From Octopus bimaculoides (lineage: Eukaryota), in contig NC_068994.1 of the NCBI RefSeq assembly GCF_001194135.2, forward strand, positions 4,568,993-4,632,992: a stretch of 64,000 bases of DNA, given 5' to 3'. A program made the position numbers and the translations under genes. Under the pieces are notes generated by a model. That model worked only from the letters and a program-made list of their open reading frames with translations, had not been told where the DNA came from and made no database searches. This document shows positions 13,074-24,580 of this stretch, piece after piece; position 1 is the first letter of the stretch; every line of letters begins with the position of its first letter.

Positions 13074-13500
13074 GTATGTATATATGACATACTTCACATG
13101 CTTATACCTCCTTTCTTCTTGTCTCTCTTTCCTTCTCTTTCACTCTATCTGTCCCTGTCTCACATTCCCTATAGAGTATGTGTCTGCACATACGTATGTG
13201 TGTTAGAGAGAGTGAATAAAGGGTTGTGGGAAGAGATGACTGATAGAACGAAAAAAAAAAGAAAAGGAAGAAGGAACTAATAAATGTAGAAGGGTTTGAA
13301 TGGGTGTTGGTGTGACGATGGTGGTGGTGTAAGAAGAGAGTGAGAGCGATGTGTGAAGGGTAAGGAGGAGGACATGAAGTAATTGTAAGGGAAGAAAGAA
13401 AAGAACAAGAATTAATAAGGAAGTTACATGTGGTAGGAGAGTATAGGGGTAGAGTAGGAGGAGAAGTTATAAAGAAAGACAAGAGCAAGAAAGACGGAGA
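12300..13500. repeat. Purine-rich low-complexity tract with a long (TA)n
   Basis: Direct reading; (TA)n at about 12999-13060. Confidence 0.85.
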
Positions 13501-14254
13501 GAGTTAAAAGTAGACAGCAGCTTCTAAACATGGCTGCTTGTCTGAGTTCTGTGTGTTCTCTTAAAGGGACACGGTACAAGAAAGAGTATTTCAGAAAAGT
13601 GGACATTTTGAATCTGTAGAGTGACAGTGAAATCACATGATTACTATAGAGAGAAGTGCTGTTTTTTCTGAAGGATGTCATCTACCAGACAAGCACACAT
13701 ATGTCCTTTCTTTTAAGTTGGAATTGTCCAATTACAAGGCATGGATGACCATCACAACAGTCTCTCTTGTCTCTTTCTTTCCACTAAATTTCAAAGTTTC
13801 ATTACAAGCCAAAGAAAGGGAGAAAAGAATCTGAAACAGTTTGAAAATGGTTATAATACGTAATAGAGTGTTGTTTGAGAAAATTAAAGAAGTTTGTTTG
13901 ACCAGAAAACCTGAGAAAATCAGCTTCCTGGAGAAATTGAGGGGTGGATGTACGTGCTACTAGCCAATGCAGAATGAAGAAAAGAAAACTTGTGAGGACA
14001 ACAGCCATGGACAAATTGTGACCTGAGAGACTTTCTGAATGGCAAATCTAATGAAAAATTAGCTTGGTTTTTTTAATTAGTATGACCCACCTGATGATGT
14101 ACCATGTCTTATGTGGCCTGCATCTCAAGAAAGGTTTACCCCTGCCTTCTCTAGAAGATAGGTGAATATCTTTGTGGTTGGAGGAATGAGATGGTTTGAG
14201 GAGAAAGTTTAAGTATAAATAAAAAGAGAGAAAGGGAAAGGCAAAACATTCTCA

Positions 14255-14277
14255 GTTGTTATTATTATTATTTATTA

Positions 14278-14315
<38 letters not shown>

Positions 14316-14830
14316 GAGTGAGAGAGCAGTGCATGCCATCAAAGTGACACTGGGGTCCAAATATACGAAGCCCATTATACCCATCATGACTACCCGTCTG
14401 ATAAGGGTACACCAGGCACATGCATCACAACCATATGTACGCAACATGGTGATCTCATATCAAGATAAACAGCGCATGACCTCGCAGGTGGGGCCCAGTT
14501 AGAATTTTTTTCAGGTCGGGTAGCCCATCCCGTTCAAAAGGTCTTTGAATAAGGTTTGTTTAAAGATGTTGAGCAAAACACCCATGTTTCCAAAAGTGAA
14601 TTATTCAAACCCCAAAGAATTCCTCTCAACACATGGCTATGATGCTCCCCCACTACTTCTGCTCGTGATCAGAGATGCACATATCGTCAGCCACTAAGGG
14701 ACATGCTCAACTGATTATGGTCAAACAACTGACAAGCAAATCTGTGGTATTGAGCAGAATATTTACTGTAGCCCATCTTTTATACCAAAGCAAAACAATG
14801 TACAAGATAACACTTCCAATCAATTAAGAT
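14255..14830 (-). mobile_element. Unclassified retroposon-like repeat (family H) ending in CTCTCTCACTC(AAT)n
   Basis: The same terminus plus (AAT)n recurs at about 24500-24580 and 29868-30010. Confidence 0.6.
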
Positions 14831-15467
14831 CAGATGTTGTGGGTCTGATTTAATGGAAATTTGACCGCTGCTTTTTGCAGACCAAACGTCCATCCAAAAT
14901 GCTTCTGCGATTGCTGTCTCTGTAGACTCTCCTGCAGCAGCCTAAGACGTCTCAAAACATTGCAGCAGCATCTTGCTCTGACTCAAAGGTTGATAATTGA
15001 AGATCAACATTTGAGCCACAGCAAAATGATGCTCTTTGCCCATTTCCATGATTTTGTAGATCCTATTAATTATTATTTATATATACATATGAGACAGAGA
15101 GAGAGAAAAGGTATATATCACATAGATAAGATGAGTCTTAAATCCGATAAACAGAGACGTTTTAATATCTTCTCTGGCAGTCTGACTTTACTGTTATACA
15201 AACTCATAGAACTAAGAAAGACTTATGTTAACACACATACCTGACTATACATACATATTTACACATTTACAAACACAGTCTGGCTAGAGGGTTTTTTTAA
15301 AAGAAATTTTGGACCCAACTTGGTGTTTTCCAATTATGAGTTTTGTCTCTTGTGACATCAACGTACGTCTTTCTTTCCCCTTTTCTCCCTCTTTTAACGC
15401 TCTTCTCTCTCCCTCTTTCTTTTTCTCCCTATGTATTCTCTTACTCTTTCTCCAATTTCTTCTCTGT

Positions 15468-15475
15468 TGACGTCA
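15468..15475. promoter_or_regulatory. Perfect CRE palindrome TGACGTCA
   Basis: Exact motif in a locally CpG-retaining stretch; function untested. Confidence 0.25.
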
Positions 15476-15619
15476 TGAACACACAGGAACACATTTCACG
15501 TCCCCCGACCTGTTCTTCCACTCTCTTTCTTTCACCATATATATATATATATATGTGTGTATGTGCGTGTGCATTTTGTGTATGTGTTTAATATTTAAAA
15601 GCTCAGATACACGTGTGGA

Positions 15620-16900
15620 GAGGAGGGGGATAGTGCACAGTTATATAGAGATAGGATGAGAAAAGAGAGACGTAGAAAGAGACAGACAGATAACGATAGA
15701 ACAAAGGAGGGGAGAAAGTTACGGGTGGGGAGAGACGGGGAGTTAGAGATAATGAAAGCAACAAAAAATATTAAAAAAACAATAATATAAGAAGCTAGAA
15801 GCATATAAAATAACTAAAATATAAAAAGAGAGAGATGTAGCAAAAGAAAAAAAAAGAAAAATAGAGGAGATTTTAAAAAATATAGAGAAATAGGAAAATT
15901 AATGGAAAATAGGGGTGAAAAAACAGTTGAGAGATCGAAGAGAGAGAGTAAGGGGGGAGAGAGAGAGGCTATGTATTTGAGGGAAAGAGGGAGAAGATAG
16001 AGGTTGATAAGATAGTAATAGTGTTAGAGAGAGGGGGAAGAGAAGGAGAGAAAGATGGAAGAGATAACAAAATAGAAAAGAGAAAATAAACCGAATGACT
16101 CTGGCGCATAGAGAGAGAAAGGGGGGAAGGAAGAGGATGTGTGTGTGTGTGTGTATACGTGTGTGTGTGTGGTGTGGTAGCCAATAAGAGGGAGAGTGAA
16201 TTGAGAGAGTGGGAAGAGAGAGAATGTGGAATAGAAGGAGAAAACATGAAAGGGAAAGCTAGAGTTTCTCTCTCTCTCTCTCTCCTTCTCTATGTGTCTC
16301 TTTCTCTTTCTGACTGTCTCTTCTCTCACTCTCACTATCTCTTCTGTCTCTTCTCTCTCTCTTTCTCGTGTAAGACTAACAGAGGGGAATAGGAAAAACT
16401 TGCAGAATAATAGAAAGAAAGCAAGACGAAAGGAAATAAAACGAGAGAGACTGACAAGGGGGGAGAAGAAAGAGCGTGAATGGAGGAGAGAGAGAGAGAG
16501 AGTGACAGAAAACGAGTAAAAGAATAGTGAAAGGAGGAGGGAGTATTATTAAATGGCTTCAAAAACAGAGGGAGTAGGAAAAGATTGTGGAAGAGATAGA
16601 TAGATGGGAGGACTGGAGGGGGAAAATGATGGTATCGTCTGCTCTTTGAGTTTTTGATCGAGAAAGAAAATAGAAAATATACGATGATAAATGGTAGAAT
16701 AAGACTTAGATAGATGTAGATAGGAGAAGAGAAGGCGATGATGAAATAAATGAAAGCAGAAAAAGAGAGGTTTATATATATAAATAGGACAAGAGAAATG
16801 GACGGATGGCGGGGGGGGGACGAAGGGAAACTTGGTTTGAAAGCAGAGAGAGAAGAGGTAAGAAGAGAGAGTGATAGAAAATGGGAGGAGAGAGAGGGAA

Positions 16901-16936
<36 letters not shown>

Positions 16937-17100
16937 TAGATAGATAGATATGTATATGTAAGTGTTTGTATGCTTCTATGTGTGTGGGTGCATGTAATTA
17001 CAGTGAGGGAGAGAAAGAGGAGGATTAGAAAGATATGATCGTACAGACAGGGAGTGCGTAGCAGGAAGAAGGGGAGGAGATGGAGGTCATTGAATTCTTA
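15620..17100. repeat. Purine-rich (GA/AAG) low-complexity tract
   Basis: Direct reading. Confidence 0.85.
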
Positions 17101-19238
17101 GCAGTCTGGGTTTTGGGCGCACACATACACACGCACGCACACACACACACACAACATACACACACACACACACACACAACATACACACACACACACACAC
17201 ACGCAGAGTCTTTTTCTCTCTTTTACTCCCTCCCTCTCTTCTCTGCTTATTCCTTCTCTTCTTTCCCTCTCCCATTGTTTTTATCTCCCTCAACAGTGAG
17301 ATGAGGGAGAAAGATGGTAGTAGTGGGAGTGATTCGAAAAAGTAGGTTGTGTGTGTATGAATATATATGTGTGCGTGTGCGCGCGCTGGCGTGTGTGATA
17401 AAGTAGCGTAAAGTTAGATGGTGGCGGTGGTGTTGAAGAGGAAGTTGGGGGGAGTGTGTAAGCTCCACCGCCGCCACCATCATCATTACTATCGCCTTAT
17501 CACTGGTACTACCGCCTCCACCCCTGCTGCCGATGTATTCCGCCACCGCCGCCATTCCGCTATGACCACTATAAAACACCACCACCACCGCCAATGCCAT
17601 CGAGGCCTCTTCCACTCCTACCATTGTTTTCTTTATTCTTCGCACATCATCATCATCATCACCGGCATTATTACCATCGTCATCTGATGTCTTTTTATAT
17701 TTCCTATGAATATTATTAAAACTACTTACCATAACCACTATCATCATCATCATCATCATCGTCGTCGTCGTAGTCGATGTCGTTGTCATACCTTTTTGAA
17801 GTAGACACATGCATGTGTATATTTGTGTGCATGTATGTGTAACATATACTGCACATACATCACATATGTTATATACATACATGTATACGCGTGCACACAC
17901 ACACACACACATTATATATATATACATATAAGTAATATATATACATGTGTATATACACCTAGTTGGATCAGAGGAATGGAGAAAAGGAAGAGTTTCACCT
18001 GACCCAGAAACTAACCACACCTTAATTACAAACACCACCACCACCACTACTACTATTGTAAAGAAAAAAAGAAAGGAAATAGAAACATTCCTTGCTGAAC
18101 CCCTGCATGCTTGGGTGACAGAGGTCAACTGTATGGCTGACCTTTTATATATATATATATATATACATACACACACCTAAGATGTGTTGACCACATCCTG
18201 GACATCTCTGCTGATTTCTCCCCACCCCACCTGCACCTCAACTGACCTCACCACCCCTCCACATACTGACATCTTACCTGAGAGAGAGAGAGGCTCAGAG
18301 TGGTCACTCAAATTGCTAGATATAGTAGCCACATCTCTCGCAAGCAATACCTTACACAAAGTGGGGAAAATGCAATTCAGAGTACACTGTTTCTGAAAAT
18401 CAGACTGATGGTCATGGTTGGAATGCCTTTGAATATTGGTTTGTTTAATCAGAGGCTTACCGGCAGCTGAACAACAACTATGCAAGCATTTTAATTATAG
18501 AGATCACATAGATATGGTCTATGTTATAAGATACACATTATTTTCTTTTATTTCTTCTGAAAAATTTATTATTTTCTTAAAATTATCTATTTTCTGCTGT
18601 CAGTTTTATTAATCTCTTTTTTAATTTTCATTTTGTCTTTCATATTTTTCAGAATTTCTTCTTTGTTTGACACGAGAAAGCACCTTTGAAAGCTGTTTTG
18701 TGGCAGTAATCCCGAAGAAGTAAAAAAACCACAATTGTCTGCTGCTATCTGAACCAACAATCTTCTCTGATTCGATGATATTTAACTCTCAAATGTTTTC
18801 CACCATCAAACAAGAAGAGACGACATACAAACACATCTTAGAAACATATTTGGTTGACCAATCTCTCCTTACTTCATTTCTAACTCCAATTAAACTTTCT
18901 TAGCTGGCCCAGAATCAATGCACACACATATATATATATATGTGTATATATATATATAACATATTTTATAATATTCTCCAGCATTGATATCTAATAACGG
19001 CTGCAGTTTTTAAGACTTTACAAGATATTCTCTGACCACCTCTGACAACATTTCACTGTCTGCTCAGAGTTAACAGATGTAGAGTGAAATATTTATATAT
19101 ATATATATATATTGATATAGATATTTGTATAGATTGAAATATTGCTTTGTTACTCAGATATATAAATATCTGTATATAAAATTCTTTTTTGAAACTTCAT
19201 GTTTGCCGATTGAAAAATTAAAAAAAAACCTTGCAAAA

Positions 19239-22070
19239 ATGTCTCGAAGCAGCAATTTGAAAAGACGAAAGAAATCTCGGGCCGCAAATGTTGAACGGAA
19301 AAAAAGTGTGGATAATAATAATGGCCCGAATGAAGAAAATGGAGAAGCAGGAGATAACAACATGAAACAAGAAGCTACAGATGAACAACAACAACAACAG
19401 GAGCATCAACAAGAACAACAGATGAAAGAAGAAAATGAGAAATTGGTTGAGCAGATGTCTTCTTCGTGCCAAGAAGAAGCATGTGAAATGAACTCAGATT
19501 TCGTTGGCGATAATAACGAAAAGAAACTCATTAATGATTATGCTGAAAATAGTAGTAATGACGATATTAATAATAATACTAATTATAATAATTTCAATGA
19601 TGATAATAATAATGTTGTTAGCGAAGACAGCGAGGGTATGGAGGTAGGTGACGAAGAAGAAGACGCTGCCCGACTTGAAGAGAAGAGCAAGGAAGAAGAG
19701 GAGCAAAGACTGAAACGGATCAAAGAAGAAGAGGAATACTGCAAGCGACTGGAACAGGAAGGAGAGGAAGGCACGGCTGTCATTCGTGTTCAGACAATGG
19801 AAAATTCTCATCGGTGCCAGATTTGCAACGAGGAATTTGCTGGTTTCCTTGATCTTGAGAAACATAAACTAACCCATCGGCAAATGAAGTCATTCGACTG
19901 CAAAATCTGCAGCAAGACTTTCACTCGCCGCAACCATCTGAAACAACACAAGAGAACACACAAGAGGCCCAATAAACTGCTGAAACCATTGTTCCAGTGT
20001 AACGTTTGTGGGCTGAGATTCTCTCAGAAAATAAACTTGATTGATCACGAAAAGAATCATGAAACTGAGATTTCTCCGCAGGAAGAGTATACTCCGCCGC
20101 CCCCGCCCCAACCACAGCCCCTACAACAGCCCCTACCACAGCCCCTACCACAGCCCCTACCACAGCCCCTGCCACAGCCTCTGGCCCAACCCTTACCTCA
20201 GCCCCAACCAGTGGTCTGTGATTCAGACCGACCTTACAAATGCAATTACTGTGAACGTACTTTCTCTAGGAATGGTGACTTAATGCGACATATGAGGTTC
20301 CATGAAGAGGACACGAGGCAACAACAGCCACAATACTTGAACCCTCATCTACTGTGTCAAGATGAGAAACCATTTAAGTGTAACATCTGTGAACGTGTGT
20401 TTTCAAGGAACGGTGATCTGACGCGCCATTTTCGAGTTCACGAAGAGCCGTCATATCAGCCATCTCAAGTTGCCAACTGCCAGAATGGAGAGGTATTCAA
20501 ATGCAATATCTGCCAGTCTACATTTTCAACCAACGGTAACCTCACCAGACATATGAAGATCCACGAAGAAGTGGTCATCCAGAACAGCCCCAACCATTGC
20601 TATCAAAAAGAAGGCATGTTTTTCTGCAATGTGTGTGGCATTGAATTTACCCGCAATGGGGATCTCACCAGACATTTCAAAACCCATGAGGAACCGTTGC
20701 TCCAAAACTGCAGCCAAATCAATAACAATTGTAATAATAATGACCCCTTTAAATGTAACATCTGCGGACTTGCATTTTCCCAAAACAATGACCTTACTAG
20801 GCATATGAAGAGCCATACTGAATCCTGCATGCCCCACAATGTATACGGCTGTAACGGTGGTTGTACAGAAGAACCCCCTATGGCATTCTCTTGCCGCCTC
20901 TGCCGACGTGTGTTCTCCACGTTTATAGATATGACAGAACATATGAAGATGCATATGGAAGCATCTCACGCTCCACTCACAATGAAGCCGTGTTTTGATA
21001 GTCAAAGCCATGGCAGCCCTAAGGGTTGTATGGATGAACAACATTGCAGTATTCCACGACCTTGTCTCAAAGACGAACCTCAGAATGGCTTGAGATCGTA
21101 TCTCGAAGACCAACCCATCATTTGTCCAATATGCAAACGATTGTTCTCACGACCAGGAGATCTAACAAGACATATGAGGACGCATGGTGAAACCGTTCTG
21201 CAGGAACACGAAAATTTAGCTTTTTATCAAGAGGAGAAACCATTTAAATGCAACATTTGTACACGCACTTTCTCAAGAAACGGTGATTTGACCAGGCATT
21301 TTCGTAGTCATGAAGACACCTATCTTCAAAATGTCGGCAACCCAGTTGTTCCATACGAAACTGAAGAATCCCATCGCTGCAACACTTGTTGTTCAGTTTT
21401 CTCTACAAACGGCAATCTGACGAGACACATGAAAATCCATGAGGAATTTATTAGCCAGCAAAATCTGAACAATTCTCCATTACAAAGAAATAACAATTCA
21501 TTCCGATGTACAATATGTCAGAACTATTTCTCGACAAACGGTAATTTAACTCGGCACATGAAAACACATCGTGAATATTTTAGTCAGAACACTCCACCAA
21601 TGTCTGTGTGTCCAAATGAAGACAGTTCCATGTGTCAGAACATTTGTCCACTGGATGCAGACTTCCAAGACGGAGAAAATTTAAATTTTGATTGTGAAGA
21701 ATGCATGAAGGCTTACAATGAGAAAAACAACCAGAACCATAGCCCCTCTCTGCAGACTTTCACGTGTGTTATTTGCGAGAAAGTGTTTACAAACTGTGAG
21801 ATGTTTGAGAGGCATGTTCGAAGCCATAACCAAGATAAACCTTTCATCTGTGAAATATGTGGAAAAGGGTTTGTACAGAAATACCACCTGACTGTTCATA
21901 AAAGGACTCACACCGGAGAAAGACCCTTTAAATGTAATTTATGCGGGTTCGCTTTCTCTCGCAAGGACCATTTGGTAAGGCACCAAAGGGACAATAAGGT
22001 TGGAATGTACATCTCAGAGGCAGGTGAGACACGATATTCCTGCATCCCAGGTGGTGCTTTACCAAGATAG
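19239..22070 (+). CDS. C2H2 zinc-finger protein ZNF-A, 943 aa, single long coding exon
   Basis: Uninterrupted ORF with ATG in an A-rich context (GCAAAAATGT). It has a basic N-terminal patch (KRRKKSR), an acidic/Asn/Gln-rich region, 15 complete CxxC-x12-HxxxH fingers, one degenerate finger and one finger lacking the last His; a single TGERP linker lies near the C-terminus. No KRAB/BTB/SCAN-like domain was recognised. Confidence 0.93.
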   Translation: MSRSSNLKRRKKSRAANVERKKSVDNNNGPNEENGEAGDNNMKQEATDEQQQQQEHQQEQQMKEENEKLVEQMSSSCQEEACEMNSDFVGDNNEKKLINDYAENSSNDDINNNTNYNNFNDDNNNVVSEDSEGMEVGDEEEDAARLEEKSKEEEEQRLKRIKEEEEYCKRLEQEGEEGTAVIRVQTMENSHRCQICNEEFAGFLDLEKHKLTHRQMKSFDCKICSKTFTRRNHLKQHKRTHKRPNKLLKPLFQCNVCGLRFSQKINLIDHEKNHETEISPQEEYTPPPPPQPQPLQQPLPQPLPQPLPQPLPQPLAQPLPQPQPVVCDSDRPYKCNYCERTFSRNGDLMRHMRFHEEDTRQQQPQYLNPHLLCQDEKPFKCNICERVFSRNGDLTRHFRVHEEPSYQPSQVANCQNGEVFKCNICQSTFSTNGNLTRHMKIHEEVVIQNSPNHCYQKEGMFFCNVCGIEFTRNGDLTRHFKTHEEPLLQNCSQINNNCNNNDPFKCNICGLAFSQNNDLTRHMKSHTESCMPHNVYGCNGGCTEEPPMAFSCRLCRRVFSTFIDMTEHMKMHMEASHAPLTMKPCFDSQSHGSPKGCMDEQHCSIPRPCLKDEPQNGLRSYLEDQPIICPICKRLFSRPGDLTRHMRTHGETVLQEHENLAFYQEEKPFKCNICTRTFSRNGDLTRHFRSHEDTYLQNVGNPVVPYETEESHRCNTCCSVFSTNGNLTRHMKIHEEFISQQNLNNSPLQRNNNSFRCTICQNYFSTNGNLTRHMKTHREYFSQNTPPMSVCPNEDSSMCQNICPLDADFQDGENLNFDCEECMKAYNEKNNQNHSPSLQTFTCVICEKVFTNCEMFERHVRSHNQDKPFICEICGKGFVQKYHLTVHKRTHTGERPFKCNLCGFAFSRKDHLVRHQRDNKVGMYISEAGETRYSCIPGGALPR
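20112..20210 (+). repeat. In-frame 12-bp tandem repeat encoding (PQPL)n
   Basis: CAGCCCCTACCA units, 7-8 copies, inside ZNF-A. Confidence 0.9.
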
Positions 22071-22409
22071 TGCAGATAAATCAACTCAGTGTCCTGCATG
22101 GAATGTTTGTTGTTTTTGTCTGCCTGTGCCTGCGAATGTGGGGACTTTTGTCTGTTCCATTTGTCTCTACTCAAGTAGCAAACCCTCAACACAGCACTGA
22201 AACAGTAGGCTAGGCACATTCACTCATATACACATACTTACACAGATCTTGATATAATGTCATATATATTTTATCTTGGATAATTATGTAAAAAAAAAAA
22301 AATTTTAAAAAAAGCAAAAAGTTTTGCCAAAGAGAAATTTCTGACAATTTATTTGGATTACTTCTTCAACTACAACAACAACAATAATAATAGTAATAAT
22401 GATAATAGA

Positions 22410-22441
22410 AATAAAAGAATATATTATATTGATAAAATAAA
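22410..22441 (+). terminator. Candidate polyadenylation signals for ZNF-A
   Basis: AATAAA at 22410-22415 and 22436-22441, about 350 bp after the stop; the AT-rich context makes chance matches likely. Confidence 0.3.
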
Positions 22442-22512
22442 TGTAAATATAGATATGCATATATATATATATGTATATATATAAATGTATATATGTGTGT
22501 GTATGTATGTAT

Positions 22513-22549
<37 letters not shown>

Positions 22550-23349
22550 CTCACACACAGTGGGTAGATAGCTATTACTCAAGTTTTGTCACAATCCAGT
22601 ATGGCATGTTAAAGAAACTGAAACAATGATGATGATGAAAATAATAATTAATGATAATAATAATAATAATATGGAAACAATGGCTTACACACACACACAT
22701 GTATGAGAAGAACATTTTGTTACTAACTCAATTGTCATGGAGAGACGTGTGAAAAGAACGAGGGGAGAATTATAAACTTAGAAATAATTCTTGCTCAATC
22801 AAAAACCTGATAAATAAATTGATTGAATTTTTATATTTTCTTCTTTTTGTTAACAAAGAAGGCAACAAGAAGAAGAAGAAGAGACATTTTATTTATTTCT
22901 TGTTTTTTTTTTTATTATTTCTATGAAGATTTTTTTTATGTACACAGCCTTTTGTTGGTTTTTTTTTAACTTGTGTATTATTACCTCCCTTTATATGAAC
23001 TCTTTGTTTTCCTCCCTTGAAACTTCAATGTCTCTCTCTCTCTCCCACACTCTCTCTCTCTATGTCCTTCTCTCTCTATTCACACAGACAAACACATTTA
23101 CATTCACATCTATCCACAATCTCTGCTCTCTTTCTTTCTGTCTTATTGTTTAGTTGGACAGTAGCTATCAGAATCATAAGACTGCTAACTATTGATTCTT
23201 TGTTTCCACTTTTCCACATCTACCTTGTCTAGTTTTCTTGAAGAAAGAAAGAAAGAAAGAAAATAACAAAGAAAAAAACTGAAAAAGGAAAAGAGAGAAA
23301 ACACACAGGAATATTAAATAACACTGCATATTTGAATGTGTGTGTTTAT

Positions 23350-23420
<71 letters not shown>

Positions 23421-23841
23421 GGTGTTATAGACACACACAGACACACGTGTGTGTGTGTGTTTAAACCAAATGAATTCTTCAAGAAATGTTGGTCCAGTCT
23501 TAGGAGTTTAAATATACAAAGGGAAATTCTTTTCTCATTCTTCATTCCCAAGACAAAAAGTGGTGGAGGGGGAAGAAAAAGAATCATAAAGTAGAAATTT
23601 AATGTTTAACCTCCCTGGGTCTCCTTATTCTTCACCTCCACCTCACCTCTCCACTCACACACACACACATTTTTTTCCTCCAGTTTCCCTGCAATAAACC
23701 ATTCCTGCCCCTTCATCCCACCACCCAAATATGGCAAAAGTGTAAACATCTTCATCGTATTAAGGAGAAAAACTCTTCCAATTTATTTCTGTGTCATAGT
23801 TTCAGTTGAAATTTTCAAACCATTCTAATTTGCCACAGTCA

Positions 23842-23872
<31 letters not shown>

Positions 23873-24499
23873 CAGCAGTAGCATCATCATCATCATCACC
23901 ATCAATATTGCTTCAGTTCATATTTCTAATGATATATCGAAGGCAGACATTTTTTTTTTTGAAGAAAATTTTATTTATTTACTTTGTTTTCAAGAAAAAT
24001 TAATCTTTTTTTTGTTTATAGAAAACATTTTTTATTTATATTTTATCATTTCTTTTTTTTCTTTGTAAGAAAATTTTATTTATTTTTCTGTCAAGTATAT
24101 TTTTTTGGCATCAAAAAATGTTGCTGAGGATGAGAAAAAGGGAAGGGGTTGGCGGTGGGGGTGGGCACGACAACAGCAACAACTACAATAATGTGAAACT
24201 TAAAACACATCATTGGGTGTGGCTAATGACATTGTTGTGGTTACTGTTGTTGTTGTTGTTAGTGGAGGAGAAGTAGGAGGCAGAAACAACAGAGAATCAG
24301 ACTGAGATAGATACCTTGTGGTGTTGAAATTCTGTCATGGATTTTTTTTCTCTTTTTGTTTCTTCCCCCCTCATTCATCTTCTAAGGCCGAATAAAATAA
24401 AGAATGAGTCAAGAACTGCAATGAATTTAGTCAACTAGGAGTCCCCTCCCCTCAAATTTCAGGTCCTGTTGTGTTCTTATGTCAGAAATAATATCATCA

Positions 24500-24580
24500 T
24501 CATCATTATTATTATTATTGAGTGAGAGAACAGCACATGGCATCAAAATCACTGTGGGGTACAAATATACGAAGTCCAGG
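24500..24580 (-). mobile_element. Family H 3' end fragment
   Basis: (ATT)n-GAGTGAGAGAACAGCACATGGCATCAAA...TACAAATATACGAAG matches 14314. Confidence 0.65.

Noticed and set aside
340-13488. Numerous ORFs rich in I/Y/L/S/F/H/T/C/V (also throughout the window)
   Set aside because: They are translations of (TA)n, (CA)n, (GA)n, (TAT)n and purine/pyrimidine tracts, with no domains.
14861-15244. 127-aa ORF beside family H
   Set aside because: TTG start, no recognisable motif in any frame tried; left unclassified.
17247-18176. 309-aa minus-strand ORF
   Set aside because: Built from trinucleotide and dinucleotide repeats (poly-V, T, M, D); no recognisable domain.
19125-19238. N-terminal extension of ZNF-A in the ORF track
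   Set aside because: It begins at a TTG next to a (TA)n tract; the first ATG in good context is at 19239.
19154-21911. Antisense and alternative-frame ORFs over ZNF-A (and 43892-45880 over ZNF-B)
   Set aside because: Short shadow ORFs of the real coding strand with no independent features.
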